A DNA stretch of 64,000 bases, taken from contig CM000207.1 in the NCBI GenBank assembly GCA_000002445.1, positions 1,312,001-1,376,000 of the forward strand, read 5' to 3'. Positions 20,370 to 29,603 of this stretch are shown here, one piece after another; the stretch's first letter is position 1; every line of letters starts with the position of its first letter. The stretch is from Trypanosoma brucei (Eukaryota). Both the position numbers and the translations under genes were made by a program. A model generated the notes under the pieces. That model had not been told where the DNA came from. It ran no database searches and was given only the letters and a program-made list of their open reading frames with translations.

Positions 20370-23186
20370 TTAAGGACAAGAGTTGATCGCAGTGACGGTT
20401 GCTTGTCCGTGCTGTTGTGCAACCCTGTCGTGACAGTTGCCGTTAGTGAAAGGACCACGTTGTAGCTCCTCAAACCGTCGATCCAGAACCCTAACGAGAA
20501 GATCCTTCCGCGTTATTATACCTACCACGGTATCTCCGTCTACAACCACCATGTGCCGCAGTCCCATCATGCGAAATGTTTGATAGACCATCTCCAGGTT
20601 AAAAAAGGGGGGAATCACCCACGGACTACGGTTGACGATTAGCGAAATGTCAAGAACTGGTGGAAAACAGGCATCGTTAATCTGAGAGTACTCAGAACTC
20701 CTCTCAGTTGAGCTCACAAAAGCGCTGCCACTTCGGCATTCATCTTCGCTCTCCAATACGGGGGAAGCTGGCTCTAGCCAGTTGGATCCTCCGTTGGCGA
20801 GGAAGAGCGATGATTTGTGTGCTATCCACTCTCTCCACGACACGTTGTTTACCTCCACAACTCCCGCTGTGGGTTGCCTAGAGGATGTGCCGTTGCGCTC
20901 ACGTGATTCCCCAGGCGCAGCCGGCAATTTGCTCAATTGCGGAAGTGAAAGATATATCCGTAGGTCTTCCCGTGTGACCAAGCCCACAAACTTATAGCTC
21001 GTGTAATCATCATTGTCCAACTCAGTCATTTCTTCCTCTAGCTGAGGCAGAGGCGCTACTCCCTCACCTCCCTTCACTGCGGCTCCCTTCTTCCTCACAG
21101 CTTCCACCACAGGGAAAGCGTGATGAGTTGTCGTCTGCAGGGCTTGCATAACAACAGACGTTTTCTCCCTTTGACGCAAACTTATCACACGTGACGTCAT
21201 TACATCAGCAGCCGTCAATTGCTCGAATTCCGGCCGCATCAAGCATGCCCTCAAATACGGAACTGAATCAAGCTGTAATACCTGGTGGTAGAGTGGTTCC
21301 GCTATGAGGCCAGCTACCGCCTTGGCGATGATGATCGCAACCATGGTGGGAAGTAGGTAATGTAACTCAGATGAAAGCTCCATCATAATCACACATATGG
21401 ACATTGTCATGCGCGTGATGCCGGCCAGAAACGCCCCGGCACCGATCAGCGCAAACAGACCAGGATCCATCCATGCGAGTGACGCCATGTAACCGCGCTC
21501 CACGCCGATGTTCCCCATCCCGACGAAACACACGAACAACCCAAAAAGCCGCCCCAACGCGGCGCCAATGACAAGGCTCGGAACCACCAAGCCACCTGAT
21601 ATAGCCATCCCGTTTGACCAACAGGCAAATATAGTGTAAAGCAGCAGCAACACTAAAAGCTGTACCGGGTGATACTGCCATATTGTCTGACGAGAAAAAA
21701 GGTGCCGGATAGTGTCCCTTTCGCTCCCAAGGACAAGTGTCGCGAGGGGTGAAAAGGTGTTATTTTCGCTACATGTTGCCGTAAAGAGACTCGTGGTGTT
21801 CTCGGTGCCCCACACCAATACGTCGCCCCTGTCTTCCATATCCTGGAACGGTGCGCAGCCCGATAACATGGCGAAGAAATACGATAATAAGCTGTACAGT
21901 GTTATTGCAACGACTGGTTCGAGAAACCGTCGAATCGATGATTGACGCATACATCTTCGACGGTACTTAATCAGCACAATGTTCACCTTGGTGAAGAGTG
22001 CCGCAAACAAACCACAGACGATGCCAAGGAAAAACGATGGTGCAATTGAATACACATTGAGTGGAATGCTTAAATTCACTTCGAATAAAACAGATACGGC
22101 GTTAGAGACCCATCCCAGAAGCCTTTGGTCTTCGATAACCGAGCGGAAGATACTGATGATAGAGAAGCATACCATCGTGGCGAGAAATATTTGCCCGCTC
22201 GCACTGTGATCCCAGAAACTCGACACTTCTTCCATCACAAAGAGAAGTCCACCAATAGGTGCTCCAAACGCAGCGCTCACACCGCAAGCAGCGCCCGCCG
22301 TGATAAAATCCCTTCGATCCTTGTTGTTTCGAAATGCCTGGAAAAGACTTGTTTGGCAGCGCAGCGCACGGCTCCTCCCTTGAGTCACGCCGGCACCAAC
22401 GATCGCTCCGAGGTGAATGAGCGGCGCCTCAAGACCAACGGGAAGTCCACCAGCAACACCGCACACACACGATATGCTCTTTACCACAAAGGTGCGAAGG
22501 GTCATCACTTTTGGTACGTGTACGCCGTTCAGGTATGCCATCACGTCGGGTATACCACCACCTGCAGCGCCCGGCTCGAAATAAACCACAACACCTGCCG
22601 CAATCATAACAAACCAAATCGATGTGCAAAGGTCAATAAAGAGAGCCAGTGTGCACCAGCCGAAACCACCCTTGTTCATCAACCTCACCAGCAGATGCTC
22701 ACGGTGATCCTGTATCAGCTCGACAGAGTAAGAGACAATGATGGCTACAACGCCGACGGTAACTGCAATGAAGACGTGTAGAACCCACCTCAACGCCTCG
22801 TTGCGATCATGAGATTTGCGCGTTGTAACAGCATCAAATGTCTGCTCGGGGGGCGTTTCACACGCGCCCTGCACTGAATTGGATTCCACACCATTCTTCA
22901 GATGTTCTTCTCCTGGTGTCAGTGGGGTTTCTACTGTTACCGCGGCGGCATGAGCAGGATCTGTCGTGGCGTATCTGTTACGTGAAGATGGGGCGCGGGC
23001 CCTGACAGACCCTCCGCGAAGATGGTTCATATACATAGTGGGGTACGGTTTATAGTAATCAATGGACTCAAAGCGCGCCTGTCGTTCCGCTTCCTCTTCA
23101 GTGGTAGGCTCCAAGCATTGTGAGTAGGGGTTCGCAGCGGTCCAGAATTCATCAACTACGCCTTGGATGGACATGCTGGTATACAT
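20370..23186 (-). CDS. CLC-family voltage-gated chloride channel / H+-Cl- exchanger with C-terminal CBS domains
   Basis: CLC selectivity motifs GGGIPDV (GSGIP), GLEAPLIHLGA (GKEGP) and GAPIGGLLFVMEEV (GxFxP), with multiple TM helices. The C-terminus has two CBS-like segments (VMTSRVISLRQ... and HMVVVDGDTVVGIITRKDLL). ATG confirmed at 23186-23184 (MYTSMSIQG). Confidence 0.85.
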   Translation of the reverse strand: MYTSMSIQGVVDEFWTAANPYSQCLEPTTEEEAERQARFESIDYYKPYPTMYMNHLRGGSVRARAPSSRNRYATTDPAHAAAVTVETPLTPGEEHLKNGVESNSVQGACETPPEQTFDAVTTRKSHDRNEALRWVLHVFIAVTVGVVAIIVSYSVELIQDHREHLLVRLMNKGGFGWCTLALFIDLCTSIWFVMIAAGVVVYFEPGAAGGGIPDVMAYLNGVHVPKVMTLRTFVVKSISCVCGVAGGLPVGLEAPLIHLGAIVGAGVTQGRSRALRCQTSLFQAFRNNKDRRDFITAGAACGVSAAFGAPIGGLLFVMEEVSSFWDHSASGQIFLATMVCFSIISIFRSVIEDQRLLGWVSNAVSVLFEVNLSIPLNVYSIAPSFFLGIVCGLFAALFTKVNIVLIKYRRRCMRQSSIRRFLEPVVAITLYSLLSYFFAMLSGCAPFQDMEDRGDVLVWGTENTTSLFTATCSENNTFSPLATLVLGSERDTIRHLFSRQTIWQYHPVQLLVLLLLYTIFACWSNGMAISGGLVVPSLVIGAALGRLFGLFVCFVGMGNIGVERGYMASLAWMDPGLFALIGAGAFLAGITRMTMSICVIMMELSSELHYLLPTMVAIIIAKAVAGLIAEPLYHQVLQLDSVPYLRACLMRPEFEQLTAADVMTSRVISLRQREKTSVVMQALQTTTHHAFPVVEAVRKKGAAVKGGEGVAPLPQLEEEMTELDNDDYTSYKFVGLVTREDLRIYLSLPQLSKLPAAPGESRERNGTSSRQPTAGVVEVNNVSWREWIAHKSSLFLANGGSNWLEPASPVLESEDECRSGSAFVSSTERSSEYSQINDACFPPVLDISLIVNRSPWVIPPFFNLEMVYQTFRMMGLRHMVVVDGDTVVGIITRKDLLVRVLDRRFEELQRGPFTNGNCHDRVAQQHGQATVTAINSCP

Positions 23187-23430
23187 CCTCTGACACTAGC
23201 CGTCTTCCTTAATTTAAGGTGATTTTAGTTGGAGAAACGAGTAGACATATAATGGATGTACAGCGTCAACATGAAAAGTACTTTGTTTCAACCCTGTTGT
23301 TTGGGGATGCAGAAAGGGTTAAAGACGAGTGAAAATATCATATTACCTCATCTTCACTGTTTCCAACCACCAGCGCCATGACTAATACATAAACTGACTG
23401 ACTCCTCCCTCACAAACATGCCCCTTACGT

Positions 23431-24063
23431 TTATCGGCGCTTTTTCGTCTTACGCTCAACGTACTTGTCTACTGCCCCCTTGCCTCCTTTCTTCTCGAGC
23501 TTATCAAACGTTTCTGCGAGAACCTCGCGTTTCAACTGAGACCGTTTCGGAATGAATGCACGCTGCTTCTTCCCGTCCCGCACAGCCGCCGCCTCCCGCT
23601 TAATTATGCCCTTTCTCACAGCCTGTCGGCGCGCCCGCACTTCACGGTCTTTGGTTCTTGAGATGTAGAGCTGTGATTCGCGTTTCAGTTGCTGCAGTTC
23701 AGCCTTCAAATCCGACGGTGGTCGCAGCATCAGGCGGTTAATCTCGTCACGGTTTTCCTCTTCGAATCTGTCTTCCTCCTCCTCCGACTCTTCGTCTTGC
23801 CCAACTTCCTCTCGTTCGTGACGGCGCAAAGCGTATTTCAGGCACTGTATGCAGTGCTTGCGGCGCGACTGCTCCTCCTCTTCTTGCTCTCGAAGGAACT
23901 TATAGTTATCCTCGAATTGCTTACGGTCGACTGCACCGTACAAGTCACTAAATCGGGGGTCTACGAACCGATGAGGACGCACCGCCGGGACCCCACTTTG
24001 CCGTCGGGGGCGCACACGCGCACTTCGCTCTGGAGGGGGGCCATCCGGATCGTTATGAGGCAT
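23431..24063 (-). CDS. rRNA biogenesis protein RRP36-like (basic, coiled, lysine-rich C-terminus)
   Basis: Pattern DPRFSDLYGAVDRKQFEDNYKFLREQ ... KRSQLKREVLAETFDKLEKKGGKGAVDKYVERKTKKRR resembles the RRP36/DUF947 C-terminal block (DPRF..., ...KKSGK.DKFLEKKRKK). ATG confirmed at 24063-24061. Confidence 0.5.
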   Translation of the reverse strand: MPHNDPDGPPPERSARVRPRRQSGVPAVRPHRFVDPRFSDLYGAVDRKQFEDNYKFLREQEEEEQSRRKHCIQCLKYALRRHEREEVGQDEESEEEEDRFEEENRDEINRLMLRPPSDLKAELQQLKRESQLYISRTKDREVRARRQAVRKGIIKREAAAVRDGKKQRAFIPKRSQLKREVLAETFDKLEKKGGKGAVDKYVERKTKKRR

Positions 24064-25106
24064 GCCAACGCGACACGACCAGCGTGCTTTCGGGTCGCTG
24101 CTAATAGCTCTGCCCCTACTTGCGAGGTTGCTTCAGAAGGGAAGAGGAAAGAAACAAACAAAGCGGTAAAGGTAAGGATCGAGAGAATAACAAATGTTTG
24201 TATGCGGAGGAAAGGCGACAACGACAGTCCCTCACCTCCAGCGGATGGGCTCACAAGACTAACCGTCAGAGCGGATGCACACGATAGCGGAGAGGTTGTC
24301 ACGTGGAACGTAGAGTCGCGGACGAAAGCAGCAGGGCCCACACTACCAAATATGAACTTAGAAACCAATTCCAACTGCGCATGTTACCCTTGCATAATGC
24401 AGGGCTACTTCCCTCTTCGTCAAACCCACACACATGCGGGGGACAAGAAAAAAGATAACTGAAGGAAGCAATACGTATTTTCCGTTTTCTTTTTTCAATT
24501 TCCCCGATGCTCCTTCGTGTCCAGGTGCGACGTTTCATACACAAGGCGCAGCAGTGATTAAATGGTGAAATAAACTGTCATATAACACTTAAGATCGTGG
24601 CTCTCAAATCGACACACCACGTCAACATGAAGCCACTAAAAAAGAGGTGAGAAAAGGAAGAAGGAAAACGAAACCGCTCACCGTTTTCGTGAACCAAGAC
24701 AAAAAGAAAGAAATAATTTACCATGGCTAACTACGTGTCGGCACTGTTATCCTCCCCTCCCCTCACACACATACACACACGTATTCTTGCATGTGCGTCC
24801 ATTCACTCCCCACTTGTATATTTAACGCGCTCAACGGCACCTACGCAAATCACCGCATCCCACCATTAAGAGGAAAAACAAAAAAAGAAAGGACACAAAA
24901 AACGACCCACATACGTCACGAAGACAAAAAGCACCTGCCACCGTACAAGGTTCAACCCTTTGTGTCAATAAAGGTCCAAACAAACAGGGATTTCAAAAGG
25001 CAGCTAAAGCAAAAGCAACATTATATATTTATATATATGTATACAACACCGAGAAGCTGGTCACTGTAACACAGTTTATGTAGTAGCCGTGTTTCATAAA
25101 TAACCT

Positions 25107-25571
25107 TCACTGATCTTTATATACGGGAAGGTTTACAAAGCAATTCACAACAAACATGAGGAAGCCAAGAACTGTGGTAATCACACAAGATGTGTATCGG
25201 AGCGGTGTGCCACCAACAGCAATAGCACCCAGGAAAATGTAAAAGAGGCCTCGCCCCGAATATGTTGTGAGGAAGTAGAAGTACCTAAGCCACAAATAAA
25301 CTCCACGGCGGATGCCCTCAAATCTACGCAACTCTGCCGACAGGCCCAAGAAGGCGAACACCAACATGTATAGTTCCAAGAAGGTGTCAGCAACTGTGTT
25401 GTTTCGCACAACGAGGGTTACTAAACTGCTGCTGATTACAAGGGCCATCGCAATTGTAGACAAAATAAGGAAGACGAGGGACCAGGCGTCACCCTTCGAA
25501 TCCACAACCCCTTCCTTTGATTGTTTACTTCCGGTCTCAGCAACACCGGCTGCTGTTTCACCTCCTTTCAT
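25107..25571 (-). CDS. Small multi-pass membrane protein (3 predicted TM helices), hypothetical
   Basis: ATG confirmed at 25571-25569 (MKGGETAAGV). Hydrophobic segments: LVFLILSTIAMALVISSSLVTLVV, LYMLVFAFLGL and VITTVLGFLMFVVNCFV. Confidence 0.45.
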   Translation of the reverse strand: MKGGETAAGVAETGSKQSKEGVVDSKGDAWSLVFLILSTIAMALVISSSLVTLVVRNNTVADTFLELYMLVFAFLGLSAELRRFEGIRRGVYLWLRYFYFLTTYSGRGLFYIFLGAIAVGGTPLRYTSCVITTVLGFLMFVVNCFVNLPVYKDQ

Positions 25572-25830
25572 CCCTTATGTATATACCTGATCACTTAAGA
25601 AAACCACAACTCCAGGGGTGAATGGTATGAGAGGGGAGAGAAATGTTGCCATTGGTGTCGCACAACATATACAAGCCCTTACGGTGAAGGGAAGAGAAGG
25701 AGAGAAAGAAACAACAAACTGATAACAGAAATAGAAGGCTGGGAAGAGTATCGACCGGCCACCGGAGTATATATGTAGGGATATACGGCAAAAGCCTTTC
25801 ACTGAGGCTACCACCCCTAGAGAAAATTGC

Positions 25831-26223
25831 TTACTCACTAACGCCCTCAAACAGCGCGTACACTTCCTTTAGGTGGGACTCTGTGATGTGAGGAAGCACA
25901 TTATAGAAGGCGAGCATATTCCTCCGGGCGAGTGACGTAAAGCAATGTCGGTGTGTAGAATCCAATCCATCAGACGCTTTGCGTAGGGATGTCGATGGTG
26001 CTGCCATCATCACCTCCTGATACCGATCATCCTCCAGCATGATACGCATTGCGCGGTGCAAATCCTCTTTTGTCAACCGCTGCTTTACACGTTGAACGTC
26101 GGAAGGAGTTACGCGCGCTAAGTCATCGGCGGTAACGCGGCGTGCGCGTTCCTCCAACGAGAGTACAGGATGAACTTCCATCGGAGTTGATGCACTAGGC
26201 GTGGTCCAAAACCATGACACCAT
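25831..26223 (-). CDS. Hypothetical protein, ~130 aa
   Basis: The track start at 26232 is TTG. The first ATG is at 26223-26221 (MVSWFWTTPSASTPMEVH). No motif recognised. Confidence 0.35.
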   Translation of the reverse strand: MVSWFWTTPSASTPMEVHPVLSLEERARRVTADDLARVTPSDVQRVKQRLTKEDLHRAMRIMLEDDRYQEVMMAAPSTSLRKASDGLDSTHRHCFTSLARRNMLAFYNVLPHITESHLKEVYALFEGVSE

Positions 26224-26503
26224 GCTGCACAATAACTATCACAATTCTCGGCCTGTTGCCTCCTTCCTTCACTTCTCTCCTTCTGCCTTAGGGTAAAGAC
26301 GCGAAGTATGGTAATGAATGAGGATGTGAGGAAAAGTGTTCGGCACTCAAGCTTGAATAGTTGGCTCCTCGCAACATGAGGGCGAGCATCCCGGCGCATG
26401 CACAACATGGGCAGAGTATTCCATCCATATGTTCTCAGCCCATTACTATGCTTCACAACCGTGAATTGATTACTGAAACAACTGCAGACGTTCATGAAGA
26501 GCT

Positions 26504-28999
26504 TCACTGCGAACCGCGCGTACGCCAAAACCATTCATCGTCACCGTCAATGGCATCTTCGAGTGAGAAACTAGATTCCTCTGTGTTCCAGCTACTATCA
26601 GTCACCCACTCGGAGGTATCAGAAGGCTCATCAGACTCGATCTCCTCTAGTCGCCTTTGTCTGTTTCGCCCCGCTACGGGGTCATCGATTCCAGCAGCAC
26701 GCAAAGCTTCACGTAGAGCCATGTCTCGTGTGTTATTCCACGGTAAAAAAGTCCGTAGAAAAAGGGCGATATGATTCTGTTGTTGCACCATTTGCAATTC
26801 ACGACCATCCGTCTCAAACATCATTTCGTATAGAGCAAGCTGCTCCACAGGAGTCCCTACCGTCGGGGGAAGTTCACCATAAAGTGCTCTGAAGCGAAGA
26901 AGCATGTCCTGTTCAGATGGAGTCAACGCGCGTTGGCCGACCCGCCAAGCCTCCTCCCGTGCGTCTTCCGCCGTCACCTCATTAGGATCGAGCAGATGTG
27001 CAGGAATCGCCGCCATTACTGTGCCCATCAGGTCTTCCTCCCTCAACATTTCGTGTTCCCATGGTGTTGGCACATCAGCGCAGGGATTTGCAGCGCTGAC
27101 GCTGAGGGACTTTAGGTAAACACCACTTTCCTCGGTAATAACGCGCCGCAGAAAGCCGCTCGGCTCCGCGGCGTTCCACATCTCTGCATTCCTCGCAACC
27201 CACAGGGTTGCCACACGGAGTCTTTGCCCACCGTTATTATTCATGTGCCCCTTTACTACCTCTTTCCATGCCGCAGGGGCTACACTAGGCTGAGCCTGGC
27301 TTCCTACTTTTTCAACAAGCAAAACAGCGGCGGAGGGGAACCGCCCGATGGCATCAGCCAGCATCACACCAGAAGGTGGGGTGTCGTGGAATGCATGAAG
27401 CTCCGCTGGAGAAATATCCCGTATCACTCTTGACAGTTTCCCACCTTTTTGTGTGTGAGTTGCCTCCTCACGCTCCAGAAAGAGTTTTGCAAGAGCAGCG
27501 CTAAAGAAGAATCCTGGAAGCGTTGACAAGGACAAGGCCAACTCGTGGTTAGACAAGTTACTACACCCACTGTTCACGCACTCTGCGGTTGGGGGAAGGG
27601 TCCTCGAATTAGGGATGCGGCAGGACTCTCGTATCAAAAGGTAGTACACATGAACGAGCCATGCCCATCCTTTCGATCGCAGTGCCAAGTAGTCGAGTAG
27701 AAACAGTGACCCAAATGGATCCTTTGGGTCAAGGGAGTACAGTAATTTGCATGTCTCCCATGCTGTCCTCACTGCCGCTTTTCTGAGGGCGTGGTGTATA
27801 CCACAACGCAGAACTTGAAACAATTGTTTATTCGAAGGTATGCTGAAAGGTACGCAACGCTGCCGCGCCGTTTGACGGAGTGGAAAAGATTGAAGCAACA
27901 CACCCAGGTGATAAAGGGCAAGATCAATAACCTCCAACGCGCGCGGCACGTTTCCCATCGTTTCAAACACGTTACTTACGACGATTAATGTCGGGATGTG
28001 GTATGGCGTTTTGCCCAGGCACCCCATAAGACCATCCACTGCATCCACCAGCTTCTCGCACTCTGCGAGGTCTGCATCCGCACGTTGTGACTCTGGGGCA
28101 GACACATCAAGATAGTACACTTTTGTTCTATTACTACCGTTTCCAGCGATATCGTCATGGTCATCCATCCCCGGTTTCCTCAGCACTAACTTTGTGCCAA
28201 GTCCGTCGTATCGGGGCCAGCAGTAGCGGTTTGGCGTCGACAGAACACTGGAGCGGAAGCGCGGCAGATTATGCATATGCTCCTCAAAAAGTTGGGATGT
28301 GGGTCTACTTTCAGGACGACGAGTTGGAGTTCGACCATCCCCAAGGTCTTCTACCGCTGCTGCCCCAAAGCGCCGGATACGTTCCGAGCGGCTGTTGAGC
28401 ATTTGGGGGTTACACAATGAAAGAAGTCCAAGGAGATCTTCGGATCCTTCTGCGTCACCAGCTCCATTTCGACGGAATGCATTATTCGCCGTATCTTTCT
28501 CCCGCTCTCGCAAGGCTGCCTCCAGCAGAAGTTCTTCCTCAAGTTCTTCCTCGCGCCGCCTGGCCTTCTTCCTTTTGTTTTGCCGCTTCTTTTTGCATTG
28601 CTCCCTTTGCACAATTTGTTGCTGTTGACTCGTCGCATTAAATGACAGGTCCTTTCCCTCAACCTCCATCGCGTTATCATACTCACTCTTAGGCCTAACC
28701 GTGGTCTTCCTCGTTGGTTTCTGTTTCACCAACCCCTGTCGGTCCTCGTCGTTCGTTCCATCGCATTCCAGAGACCGCGGAGATGCACCAGTGGTGCTGG
28801 TTTCAGCTGCTTTCTTTGGCTGCTGCTCCTGAGGTTGATTATCGCCTGCCGCTCCCGCTGGCGCCTTCCGTTGAGCCTTTGATTTACCGACACTCTTTGG
28901 CAGCTTCATAGTTGGCGGATGGTAGTCCTCATCATCGGCGTCAGCGCCTGTTGAGGCCTTCACAATATTCTGCAACCGCCGGATCTGCCGAGTTGACAT
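26504..28999 (-). CDS. TCF25/Rqc1-like protein (ribosome quality control complex subunit 1 family), ~831 aa
   Basis: The N-terminal MSTRQIRRLQ resembles the TCF25 N-terminus MSRRALRRLR. The central block TPYHIPTLIVVSNVFETMGNVPRALEVIDLALYHL ... AAVRTAWETCKLLYSLDPKDPFGSLFLLDYLALRSKGWAWLVHVY parallels TCF25 SPYHVDSLLQLSDAC...ARDLVERALY ... [35 protein letters not shown]. The track start at 29029 is GTG. The first ATG is at 28999-28997. Confidence 0.6.
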   Translation of the reverse strand: MSTRQIRRLQNIVKASTGADADDEDYHPPTMKLPKSVGKSKAQRKAPAGAAGDNQPQEQQPKKAAETSTTGASPRSLECDGTNDEDRQGLVKQKPTRKTTVRPKSEYDNAMEVEGKDLSFNATSQQQQIVQREQCKKKRQNKRKKARRREEELEEELLLEAALREREKDTANNAFRRNGAGDAEGSEDLLGLLSLCNPQMLNSRSERIRRFGAAAVEDLGDGRTPTRRPESRPTSQLFEEHMHNLPRFRSSVLSTPNRYCWPRYDGLGTKLVLRKPGMDDHDDIAGNGSNRTKVYYLDVSAPESQRADADLAECEKLVDAVDGLMGCLGKTPYHIPTLIVVSNVFETMGNVPRALEVIDLALYHLGVLLQSFPLRQTARQRCVPFSIPSNKQLFQVLRCGIHHALRKAAVRTAWETCKLLYSLDPKDPFGSLFLLDYLALRSKGWAWLVHVYYLLIRESCRIPNSRTLPPTAECVNSGCSNLSNHELALSLSTLPGFFFSAALAKLFLEREEATHTQKGGKLSRVIRDISPAELHAFHDTPPSGVMLADAIGRFPSAAVLLVEKVGSQAQPSVAPAAWKEVVKGHMNNNGGQRLRVATLWVARNAEMWNAAEPSGFLRRVITEESGVYLKSLSVSAANPCADVPTPWEHEMLREEDLMGTVMAAIPAHLLDPNEVTAEDAREEAWRVGQRALTPSEQDMLLRFRALYGELPPTVGTPVEQLALYEMMFETDGRELQMVQQQNHIALFLRTFLPWNNTRDMALREALRAAGIDDPVAGRNRQRRLEEIESDEPSDTSEWVTDSSWNTEESSFSLEDAIDGDDEWFWRTRGSQ

Positions 29000-29603
29000 T
29001 AGCAACGTACTGTGGGGGCTACTCACCACCTAAAATCCTTCGCACTTTCATGAAGCACATATCATATTATATGGGAGAAAGGGGTGAAGCAACAAGGGTG
29101 GAAAGTGGAGTTAGCCGGCAAAATAATAATAATGGAGCCAGAATGAGCGCATGTGAGTAAGTTCCAAAAGCAAGGGTGTCACACTTTTCTGCAGTCGCAC
29201 CCTTGCACGACGGAGCGTGAAGGAAACGAATTGCCAAACGCACTTTTCATAGCATCCTCCTTTTCTTTATTATTTTGGGGAGTGAGGGGTGAGAGCTGGA
29301 AGGGAGGCAAAGGGTGGGATAGGCACGCGTGGTTTCTGCCCGGCATCAAATACTATCAGTGATAGTAAGAAAACAGAAAGCTCGCACGCAATCCTCGAAA
29401 CAATATATATATATATATGCACTTGTTTGTATATGGGCCGTTAAGGTCGGAATGACGCATAGCAGGCTGTATCTAGTGTTCGTTCACTCTTATGGCAAGA
29501 TGTAATGAGGTGCGCAAAACTGTGCACGAACAGTACAATAAATGTAAATAAATGAGAACAACAAAGAAAAAATATTTAACTTAGGTCTTCGTCCAAACGG
29601 ATA

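Noticed and set aside
22125-22781. Plus-strand ORFs of 218 aa (22125..22781) and 257 aa (23689..24462), and others such as 11671..12231 and 6701..7108
   Set aside because: Each lies antisense to a well-supported minus-strand gene (CLC channel, RRP36, UMP-CMP kinase, RING protein). Their composition is unremarkable and they would be the only plus-strand genes in a unidirectional polycistron. They are most likely antisense-frame artefacts.
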